A stretch of 63,971 nt of DNA, filler included, from Octopus bimaculoides (lineage: Eukaryota): assembly GCF_001194135.2 (NCBI RefSeq). It is 4 parts of 4 records of this genome, joined end to end, with 100 filler letters (N's around TTAATTAATTAA, not from the genome) between each part and the next. Parts side by side here need not be neighbours in the genome. Positions count along the whole stretch, not along the records: positions 1 to 26,310 come from NC_068995.1; 3 more parts are not named here. One strand, written 5' to 3'. Positions 1-10,195 of this stretch are shown one piece after another. Both the position numbers and the translations under genes were made by a program. The stretch's first letter is position 1; the number at the start of each line of letters is the position of its first letter. Under the pieces are notes generated by a model. It saw only the letters and a program-made list of their open reading frames with translations. It made no database searches and was not told where the DNA came from.

Positions 1-1140
1 ATATATATATATATATACGTATATGTACGTATGCTTGTATGTATGCATATGTTTGTATGTGTGTGTGTGTATGCAAAAATATAAGACAAAAGTAAATGGA
101 ACACACGACGAGAGTTTACTTTTCTCTACGATCGTGTCGACCAATCGTGCGCCGGTGCCTCATGGGTGAGATGTTGTGGAAACAGTTATGATGCATCGTA
201 GGTGTGAATGTTGTTGACATGAGGTAACTGAATACTATGAACGAGCTTTAAACGGCGTACTACAAGGTGTATACCCGAATATAAAATTATTACTTATATA
301 TATATATATATGTGTGTGTGTGTATCTATTTCAGAATATATGTAAATATGTGTGTGCGCACGCATGTGCATATGTATATATACATAAACATATACACACA
401 TACACACATATAGATAAACATTGTATTATTGTGTTCAAACTCATACTATGTATCAATGTTTTGCAAAACTTTTTGGTATTATTCATTCATTATCTTACAC
501 AAACTCTCTCTTTCATTCCGTTTTCCTTATACCAAATTCATATAATTATTTGTTATACTCTTTTCCTCATGTTTTAATTATTTTTACTATTTATTTCTTC
601 TTATAGACTTACTCCAAAGATGTTTCTTAAATTTTAAAATGCTTCTCACTGCAAACCATATCGAAACTATTTCTCTCGAGTAATATATACTGTTTCGTTT
701 TATTCAATTAATTTTGAAATGTCATAATTTCCTGTGCAATCAACTTTAAAATGTTTGTTTGATTATTTTCCAAATAATATTTATTTATAACTATTTGAAA
801 CCATCTTGTTTGGTGATCGATAACGGGAGTAGTGGAACAACAGTTTATGAAACACTGCATATATTGACGTGTTTAGGGTGTGTGTGTTTGTGTGTTCGGT
901 TCGTCCTTTATGCATTACATTTTGTGGGTCTTGAGGTGGCTTATTACGGCGATTTTGGTATGGAGTCCCGGGTTACAATGGGGACACGTAATAGCAGAAT
1001 CAGGAACCGAGGTGGTTCTTGTTTTACATGCAGCCCTCATGTTTTAAACTTCTCAAGTTATATCAGACTCAGTGTTCTATACTCGAGAGTACACAACACT
1101 ATGCCATATATATAGATATATATATATACATTTTTTTTAT

Positions 1141-1348
1141 TCTTTTATTTGTTTCAGTCATTTGACTGCGGCCATGCTCGAGCACCGCCTTTAGTCGAAC
1201 AGATCGACCCCAGGACTTATTCATTCTAAGCCTAGCACTTATTCTATCGGTCTCTTTTGCCAAACCGTTAAGTTGCGGGAACGTAAACACCAACATCAGT
1301 CGTCAAGCGATGGTGAGGAGACACACAGACACAAGCCGACTCACACAA

Positions 1349-1380
<32 letters not shown>

Positions 1381-1543
1381 GACGGGCTTCTTTCTGTTTC
1401 CGTTTACCAAATCCACGCACAAGGCTTTTGTCTTCTCGAGTCTATAGAAGAAGACACTTGCCCAAAGTGCCACGCAATGAGACTGAACCTGGAACCATGT
1501 GGTTGGGAAGCAAACTTCTTACCACACAGCCAAGCCTGCACCC
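1141..1543 (-). mobile_element. SINE family B (tRNA head, CORE-like segment, internal TA/TG microsatellite), full length
   Basis: Colinear with copies at 7367 and 35466. CACTTTGGGCAAGTGTCTT CORE-like motif on the minus strand and tail ...AATGACTGAAACAA. Confidence 0.85.
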
Positions 1544-1544
1544 A

Positions 1545-1582
<38 letters not shown>

Positions 1583-1716
1583 GATAGATAGATATACATA
1601 CATATACACATAAATATATATATATAAATGAATATATATATACATACATATATATACATGTGTGTGTATATATATATATATATATATACAAAAGATATAT
1701 ATAAATATATATTAAG

Positions 1717-1755
<39 letters not shown>

Positions 1756-2335
1756 AAGATAGATATATATAAGTATGAATATATATACACACACGCAAAC
1801 GCGCGCGTTCTATCAGTTGTAACCGAGTTTATCCGGTTTTACTTATCCCTAAAATGAGTATAAACACATGGATTCTCTATATCTTTGGACAAATTGCATA
1901 AAAGACAGATGCAGCTAATCCTCAGATTATCTGAGAATGTTGATTTTGTGATAATTAGTGGATCCAAAGAGTTAAGGAAATTGCTCACGCTAAGCTTCAT
2001 ACAAGAAGGAAATGTAAAAATTTTCAAAAGTAAAATCGAAAATATATTTTCGATCTTAAATCCTGTTTTCTCGCAAACACGCTTTAAAAAATACGATACT
2101 AATTTGCAAAATTATCCAAATCAACTGTTTTTTTTTAATTAGTAACTTTCACCGATGTTCACAGTATTGCTTGAAGTAATATTTTCCTGTCTGCAGCTGA
2201 GAAGAAAATTATTTCAAGAGAAAGTCACATAGGCTATACGCTTCTTAAAATGATTTAGCTATTTGTAAAAATTCTACTACGTAGATGCAAAACTGTAGTC
2301 TTCCTCTTGATATACGCATTTGCTTGCTTGCTTGC

Positions 2336-2513
2336 TGGCACTCCGTCACTTACGACGTCGAGGGTTCCAGTTGATCCGATCCCCTACCGGAGCCTCGTGG
2401 AGCTTTAGGTGTTTTCGCTCAATAAACACTCACAACGCCCGATCTGGGAATCGAAACCACGATCCTATGACCGCGAGTCCGCTGCCCTAACCACTGGGCC
2501 ATTGCGCCTCCAC
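2336..2513 (-). mobile_element. SINE family A, internally deleted
   Basis: Head TGGCCCAGTGGTTAGGGCAGCGGACTCGCGG and tail match the 4783 copy; about 200 nt of the centre is missing. Confidence 0.9.
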
Positions 2514-3112
2514 GGATATACGCATACACAGACTGCAATGCATAATAAAGAAGGAAAAGAGAGGCAACGTTTAACAAATATTGCATTAGTTTAACGCTTA
2601 ACAAGAAAACAAAGAATATTAACGTTTCGGACGTTAGGCCTTCCCCACAAGAAAGAGAAAAGCGTGAGGGGAGTAAGAGGAGAAAAGTCGGTGAGAGAAA
2701 AGAAAAAACAAACTGGCGAAAGGTTACAGGAGCTGAGTAGGAAAGCGGTTCTATGTGAGAGTTTGCTGCTTGCAGTCCCGAATATTTCATGAGGTTAATG
2801 CGTTTGTGTGGCTGTTCGAGTTAAATTTCAACACTCATTTCTAGCAATTGTAGGTGTTATTTTGCACCCTTATTTATTGATTTTTCATTTTGGTTTTAAT
2901 TGCTATAGCCACTTATATTATAATGTAGTTTATATACCTTTGTATATTAATATATTATATCTTATTGTACGTTTCTATACATTCTAAATGTTCTGAATTT
3001 TAGCGCTCGCTTTTCAACGGTTTTTTTTTTTTTTTGCTCTCATTGAACGAATGGGAGGCAGGCTATCTCTTTTAAACCAGAGTAATTATAGAAACATCTG
3101 ATGAGAAACAAG

Positions 3113-3673
3113 GGATCTTTTTTAAAACGGGGGCCACATTTTTCATTAACGAAACACTTTGAAACTTGGAACACTGGTAGAATGCGTCATATAAAACATC
3201 TTTTTCTCTTAGTCTTCTTTAAAAAAAAAAGAAATCCATAAATTATTCCATGTTAAAGTTGTCGTATTTCTGTAATTTCAACCAATCACTGACGTCCATT
3301 CAGCCGATATACATTAAGTGCCGACTACATAAACAAACGATTCTGAAACAATTAACCCTAACCCTAACCCTAGGGTTAGGGTTAGGGTTAGGGTTAGGGT
3401 TAAAGCAAATTTAAAATGAAAAAAGCAAATAAAACGAAGAATCGTTTGTTTATGTAGTCGGCACTTAATGTATATCGACTGAATGGACGTCAGTGATTGG
3501 TTGAAATTATCGAAATAAGACAAATTTTTACATGAAATAAATTCGAATACAAAAATATTTGTCTGTTCTATAACACAAAATAGATAAGTATACGAAGTTT
3601 GAAAGTCTTTCGGTACCAAAAGCACTACGTAAAACATTAATGAAAAATGTGGCCCCCGTTTTAAAAAAGATCC
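3113..3673. mobile_element. MITE with 8-bp TSD (Merlin- or hAT-type) and telomere-like core
   Basis: Perfect 37-bp TIR (3113-3149 / 3637-3673) with GG...CC termini. TSD GAAACAAG (3105-3112 / 3674-3681). Inner IR of about 70 bp (3273-3342 / 3438-3508). Central (TAACCC)3-TA-(GGGTTA)5. Confidence 0.9.
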
Positions 3674-4782
3674 GAAACAAGATCTTGTCGATCAAATTTC
3701 GAGATCATGTGATAACATTTTATCAGACTACTTCATGCCCCAGCATGACCGTAGAAGATAGCTAAAAAAAATAATAAGAGATGCCAAAAGATATGACGGT
3801 CTTCCAAACGATTTCCATCAACTAAATTCCAGCTACGAGATATTGACCATTACTTCTATATGATCTAATAGAAACTTGGCTGCTATTTCTAGTTGGTCAT
3901 GCGACTGGATAAGGACTCATTTGTGGAGTTAAAGTGAGAAATCAATATTTAGTTAAGTTAGTTGGTTTGAAAGCAGGAATTTCAAGCAATATTTATTTAT
4001 CATTTCTTCTTGACTATTATTTATACACCTGAGACGTGAAATATTCCTTCTACAATCCTGAACACTGTTTACATATGGCTTTTATTTATTTTGGATTTTT
4101 ATATATTTGTTTTTTTTTCTTCTCTCTTAAAAAAAAATCACTTCTGACCAAATATGAAAAATCACAGATTTGCTTCCTCTTATTTTAAACCTTTATTTTA
4201 TTATTATTTTGTTTTTTGTAAGTTATGTCAATAAAGTTTGGAATATTGTTGTTTCATGTTCTCGACGTTATGATAAAGTAATAAATTTTATTCCTGTGTT
4301 AACAGGTTTGGAAGAAGGGAGAAGCAAGGAGGAAAAGGATGAGGAGTAACTATGTCCATTGCTTTTTAAAAAGGCTTCCTCTGCCTCCCCCCTACCGCCC
4401 CTACTCCACGGCCACTACGAGAGTCAGACTGTGTGGAAAGTGTAGATAGAAAGGAGACAGTTAACACGGTTGGTGTTCAGCTTGAATTCTTTCACGTAGA
4501 TGACGATCTGTAGAAGCAACATGGGGAGAGGTGGTGGTGGTGGATTTCTAGAACGGGCCATGTCTGTGGAAAGGTAGGAAGGGAAAGAAGGACTTCTAGA
4601 AGCATTCAGGGATTGGGATGAAGCAGGTAGTTGATGAGATGAAGATTCAGATGACGAGAGAAAGGAAGCATGAGTGGATGGTGTTGTTTAACCCCAGGTC
4701 TTTGATTAAAAGCGTTCCATCTTGAACCACTCGTATCTAAAACTAGTGCAATGTATCTTTTGTTTTTGTCTATTATATACGT

Positions 4783-5163
4783 GTAGAGGTGCAATGGCCC
4801 AGTGGTTAGGGCAGCGGACTCGCGGTCATAAGATCGCGGTTTCGATTCCCAGGCCGGGCGTTGTGAGTGTTTATTGAGCGAAAACACCTAAAGCTCCACG
4901 AGGCTCCGGCAGGGGATGGTGGCGAACCCTGCTGTACTCTTTCACCACAACTTTCTCTCACTCTTACTTCCTGTTTCTGTTGTGCCTGTATTTCAAAGGG
5001 TCAGCCTTGTCACACACTGTGTCACTCTGAATATCCCTGAGAACTACGTTAAGGGTACACGTGTCTGTGGAGTGCTCAGCCACTTGCACGTTGATTTCAC
5101 GAGCAGGCTGTTCCGTTGACCGGATCAACTGGAACCCTCGACGTCGTAAGCGACGGAGTGCCA
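4783..5163 (+). mobile_element. SINE family A (tRNA-Arg-like head), full length
   Basis: A box TGGCCCAGTGG and B box GGTTTCGATTCC; colinear with six other copies in the window. May correspond to a described octopus OR-type SINE (unverified). Confidence 0.9.
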
Positions 5164-5239
5164 GTTCATTATATACGTTACGTTTATTGTTCTATTGTCA
5201 ATTATATACGGTACGTTTCTATAGTACGTTATACCTCAG

Positions 5240-5875
5240 TGTATTTCTAATACTATATTTTTTGCCCGACCCCCACCTTGAGTACTGTTGCCCACTGTGG
5301 TCCCACCCCATACGAAACAACTCATTACGAAACTAGAAGCACTCCAGAGGTTCATAACAAGAAAAAAGATAAACGGCATGAGAGGCATTGATTATTGGGG
5401 TCGACCAAAAAAAAACTCAACCTCTACTCTCTCCAACGTCGCCTGGAGCGCTACATCATTTGTGTTATGTGGAAAATATTCCATCAATATTGCACAAATG
5501 ATGTTGGCATCAATTTTAAAATCCATCCAAGACTTGGTCTCCGTGCTATCTGCCCTCTACAAAAATCGAACTCTGTACACATAGCAACATTACGTCACAA
5601 TTACTTTACCTCAACCGGTCCAGCTCTCTTTAATACCATACCAAATTACATCAAAATGGAAACGAATCCCATAAAATTCAAATGTTTACTGGACAAATTT
5701 CTTCAAAAAATCCCGGACCAGCCTCCTACATTTGGATATGTCTCCAACAGTAATAAATCTTTGGTAGAGTGGGCTATAGTGCCCCATATATGACTAAAAG
5801 ACTTCACCAGGTGGCGCTATTGAGTTAGACATGGCCTGGGCCTACGCTGGCCGAAACCTACCAAAGTTACATTAG
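5240..5875 (+). mobile_element. CR1-clade LINE 3' fragment (frameshifted ORF2 C-terminus plus 3' UTR)
   Basis: Across frames it reads PHLEYCCPLWS..TKQLITKLEALQRFITR..NGMRGIDYW..LNLYSLQRRLERY...FKCLLDKFLQKIPDQP, a typical CR1 post-RT region. Stop at 5791-5793. Confidence 0.88.
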
Positions 5876-5932
5876 AAGCGATTGCTTTTTGAGTGCTTAT
5901 AGCAATGGTTTAGCAGTGGTTAGCGTTTATAG

Positions 5933-6215
5933 CAGTGGTTCTCAACCGGGGCCCATACAAGCAAAACTGGGTCCTCAATAGCATTTTATAGGTCCATGAA
6001 AAATGTTTGCTTTAGATGTATTTATTGCAAGAAACAGGCTTCTTTCTCTAACGCCTTACTTTGTTTATCACACATTCACATGTGTGATAAACAAAATAAG
6101 CATTTTGAAAGAAGTCTCTATGAAATTTTTTGAAACATCGAAAGGCTACGGGGTCCACCAGAATAAAATAGTAATCAAAGGGGTCCATAGATTAAAAAAA
6201 AGCAGCGAATCACTG
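5933..6215. mobile_element. hAT-type MITE
   Basis: Ends CAGTGGTTCTCAACC ... GAATCACTG; exact 8-bp TSD GTTTATAG (5925-5932 / 6216-6223). Confidence 0.88.
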
Positions 6216-7366
6216 GTTTATAGCTACAACCCTGTCTCTCTCTCATCTCTGTATCTTCTGTCCTTTCTTTCGTTTCTTGTTCTTCTATATATTCCAGCAC
6301 TCTCACCTCCCTCACTTCTATTTTGGAGGTAATATTCATTCCCACATAAACGTGGATATTCGATGAAAACAAACTATATTGCTGTAGTTACCGTGAAAGA
6401 AATTCTCACATTGAATTTTCGGTGTAAAATGCAATCTTGTTTATATCTCTAGCGCGATGATAAATCCCCGCTACCTCCAGCGCCGACAACCACCAAATCA
6501 CGTGATTTCGACATTGCTTGATCTTGTCACTGATTGACACACGACTGCGAGAAGTGGCAGCGATTCATCTCCACGCCAGCGATATATAGAATGACAGTGC
6601 TAAAATAGGAGCTGGTGTCACGATTAGCCAGTAAGCTTATTAAATATATATATATTCGCGACAGAGGCAGTATTAAACACCGAGAGGTAATATCTATCCT
6701 CACTCAAAAATGGATATTCTATTAGAACAAATTATACTACAGAATACTTCTCGGCCTCACTTCTCACCCGTTATCGTGATGGCGGTTGTGTATTTATACA
6801 TATTTCATTTGTTCCCGGAGGCCGCTCATAAAGCAGAGCAATAATTTCCCATTGTAGCAATGTTATAAATCGTAATTCATTCTCAGAAAAAATATTTTGC
6901 CTATAAAATTTATAATACTCGTAAATAAATGGCAATAAAACAACAGCAGAATGTAAAGAATATTTTACGTAAAGTAAAAAAAAATATCAAGATCAATTAT
7001 AATAAAAAAAAAATATTATAATCGTTTTCTGAATCACTTTCACTCATCTTAGACTCGCTCTCACCATCACTTTTGACGCGATCGCCGATTCACAAGCACT
7101 CGTAGATTTCTTTTTTAAAACAAGTCTCGATAAATTTCTCGGCAACTTGTAGAAGTATTTGTTATTGTAGTAGAAACTGTCGCACTTCGTTCAAAATTTG
7201 GATCTTGTGCCTCAAAAATAAAACCAGTAAACCCAGGGTCTCGTAAAGCGGGACCTTGTAAAGTGAAGTGTTACTGTTTATCTAATACCTTTGACTACCA
7301 AAACTATTTCCTCCCGATGGTCGACTGAGTGTTCTTATAATCTAAATTTGTGTCGTTCATATATAT

Positions 7367-7752
7367 GGCGTAGCAGTGCGGCAAGTAGCTTGCTTACCAA
7401 CCACATGGTTCTGGGTTCAGTCCCACTGCGTGGTACCTTGGGCAAATGTCTTCTACTATAGCCTCGGTCCGACCAAAGCCTTGTGAGTGGATTTGGTAGA
7501 CGGAAACTGAAAGAAGCCCGTCGTATATATGTATATATATATTGTGTATGTTTGTGTGTCTGTGTTTGTCCCCCCAACATCGCTTGACAACCGATGCTGG
7601 TGTGTTTACGTCCTCGTAACTTAGCGGTTCGGCAAAAGAGACCGATCGAATAAGTACAAGGCTTACAAAGAATAAGTCCTGGGGTCGATTTGCTCTACTA
7701 AAGGCGGTGCTCCAGCATGGCCACAGTCAAATGACTGAAACAAGTAAAAGAG
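7367..7752 (+). mobile_element. SINE family B, full length
   Basis: tRNA-like head with B box GGGTTCAGTCCC, CORE-like ACCTTGGGCAAATGTCTT, and tail AATGACTGAAACAAGTAAAAG. Confidence 0.9.
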
Positions 7753-8767
7753 ATTCACCAACACCAATTTATTTCATGTATATGTACACACAATGCGTAA
7801 TACCACACCTACTGAGCCCCCAAATCCTGTAAGCAGTTATAAAAGATTCCCTGTATTTTCCACTTTCTTTTTTGTGAGATTAGAATGTCAACTCTCCTGA
7901 TTTTCACCTACCTATGAAGAAGGACTACGGATCGTTTTCCCTTTTATCCGTAATATTAGAATTTGAGCTTCTAGGATATTTACTTATCAATAAAGAACTA
8001 CTATGAAATCTGCTTTCCTGTCATTCATACTCACATTTCTCTGACTATTTGTTAAATTCTTTGATGCCATCAGCAACCATTTGACCATCTTTATTTTATT
8101 TTACGTTCGTACGCTTCACCGCTACATTGCCTATAGCCTCTGGTATGTCTTCCTTCGTTCAACGTTAGATTTTAGATATATACATCAGATTTTGTTTTGA
8201 GCACTAATTATATTTATTACACACTTTTTTGAACGTCTTCTTACACATTATACTATATTATGTTTTCTTATGTTCAGTTATAATAAAAACAATTTTACAT
8301 TAATCTGATGGGTTACTCTATACATTTGGTGAGTACCAATCTATTCTTATAATACAAGAATGTTTCTGATAGTGACCTCGAAGTTTCAGCCAGCCAAGCA
8401 GTCTGACGATAGCTCCCCCTATCTGTCCTCCTTCCACTCCTCACTATCTGTCGTTCATTCTCCCTTCTCACTCCTTTTGTTTCTTTCCCTCTCTTGTCCC
8501 CCCTTCCCCTCCTAACGACAATGTAAACTTCATAGATAGACAGATTGATGTAAGACCCAAGGATTGAGGTGTAGGAAGAGAGTGAGCTTCAAACAATCCG
8601 TAGAAAATATAAAAGACAACTTTCAGGAACGATTGTGGTTTATTGAGGCAGAAGGTTGTGGATTTTTTTTCCGTATCAAAGTACGATAAGCTGAAAAAAA
8701 AAAAAAAACTATCTTACAGTTCACGGAAGGCAGCCAGGGTTGCCAAGAATGCGAATTAAAATGCAAG

Positions 8768-9037
8768 AGTGAGGAATGGAGTAGATAAAATACGGACAAC
8801 ATGCTTCATAGCGAACGGAACCTCGGAAGTGGTAAATATCCAAGCGAGGTGCATACCGCAAGCTACTCTTCAAGCAATGTGCCTCCTAACGACAATGTAA
8901 ACTTCATTTAATCAAGATACCTTTGGGCTGAAGAGCAAACTGCGGTGTAAACCTCGCTTGGATATTTACCACTCCTGAGAGGTTCCACTCGCTATGAAAC
9001 ATATGTAGCCCGGATTTTATTTACTCCATTCCTTACT
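8768..9037. repeat. Inverted repeat of two hammerhead-bearing units (PLE pseudo-LTR-like)
   Basis: Arms 8768-8873 and 8928-9037 are roughly 80% identical by eye. The right arm has CTGAAGA (8928-8934) ... GAAAC ATATGT A (8996-9007). Confidence 0.75.
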
Positions 9038-9164
9038 TATGTGTGTATATATATATATATATATATGTAGTTTTAGGGAAAATAACCAAGTTTCAAGAAC
9101 TCATCGATAAAAATTGAGTTTTTACCTGTAATTTGGGATTTTGTCCCTAATATATATATATATA

Positions 9165-9497
9165 GTGGAGGAGCAATGGCCCAGTGGTTAGGGCAGCGGT
9201 TTCGATTCCTAAACCGGGCGTTGTGAGTGTTTATTGAGCGAAAACACCTAAAGCTCCACGAGGCTCCGGCAGGGGATGGTGGCGAACCCTGCTGTACTCT
9301 TCCACCACAACTTTCTCTCACTCTTACTTCCTGTTTCTGTTCTACCTGTAATTCAAAGGGCCAGCCTTGTCACGCTCATTATCCCCGAGTACACGTGTCT
9401 GTGAAGTGCTCAGCCACTTGCACGCTAATTTCACGAGCAGGCTGTTCCGTTGATCGGATCAACTGGAACCCTCGTCGTCGTAACCGACGGAGTGCCA
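9165..9497 (+). mobile_element. SINE family A with small internal deletions
   Basis: Colinear with the 4783 copy; 22 nt including the anticodon arm is lost between two GCGG motifs. Confidence 0.9.
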
Positions 9498-9710
9498 AAA
9501 ATTTAAAATATATAGATATAGCTGCTGTGGTCTCAGTCATAGGACTGCAGCCATGCTGGAGCACCACCCTAATTTATTTTCTATCAACTTTGTTGTCGCT
9601 TTATGGTTGGAAGTTGGTCTATGATTGGGTTTGTAGTAGCTGATCTCCACTGGCTGGTCAGGTATTGTTGTTAGGACTACATGTACGTATGTAAGTATCT
9701 ATCTATCTGT

Positions 9711-9928
9711 CTTATTTCTTTACTGCCCACACGGGGCTAAACATAGAGGGGACAAACAAGGACAGACAAACGGATTAAGTCGATTATATCTGGTACTTAT
9801 TTAATCGACCCCGAAAGGATGAAAAGCAAAGTTGACCTCGGCGGAATTTGAACTCAGAACGTAATGGCAGACGAAATACCGCTGAGCATTTCGCCCGGCG
9901 TGCTAACGTTTCTGCCAGCTCGCCGCCT
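9711..9928 (-). mobile_element. SINE family C, tail type C1
   Basis: Head GGCGAGCTGGCAGAAACGTTAGCAC, B box GAGTTCAAATTCC, central GTCAACTTTGCTTTTCATCCTTTCGGGGTCGAT (recalled as Meta-domain-like); embedded in (TATC)n. Confidence 0.88.
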
Positions 9929-9995
9929 TTATCTATCTATCTATCTATGTATGTAAACAACCATAATAAGAACAACAATAATAATTGTAATAAAA

Positions 9996-10001
9996 TTTAT
10001 T
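9996..10001 (-). terminator. Candidate fj polyadenylation signal
   Basis: AATAAA on the minus strand about 195 nt after the stop, followed by a U/GU-rich tract (TTATTGTTGTTCTTATT). Confidence 0.5.
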
Positions 10002-10195
10002 TTTTATAGAAAAATAAGTTTGCTTAATATTACATATTTACCTTGTTGAAATAAATTTTAATTATCGTCTATGTACAGCGGGTGATAAATAGAAATGGTG
10101 GGAATTGGGAACACGAAGCTTGTGATGTAGAGTATATCAGGGGAACCAAAGAGAAAAATAAATAAATAAAATCCTTGTGTATATAAATTGTGTGT

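Noticed and set aside
3352-3403. Telomere-telomere fusion scar
   Set aside because: The orientation is CCCTAA then TTAGGG, the reverse of an end-to-end fusion, and it sits inside a TSD-flanked MITE.
4300-4730. Possible I-clade LINE ORF1 zinc-knuckle remnant on the minus strand
   Set aside because: Only scattered codons resemble IPNP..C and C.NC..H; too degraded to call.
4786-4865. tRNA genes at SINE heads
   Set aside because: No complete cloverleaf or acceptor stem, and they run into SINE bodies repeated throughout the window.
5834-5866. GGCC...GGCCGAAAC as a hammerhead in the CR1 3' UTR
   Set aside because: No CUGANGA upstream and no stem I; better explained as the LINE 3' stem-loop.
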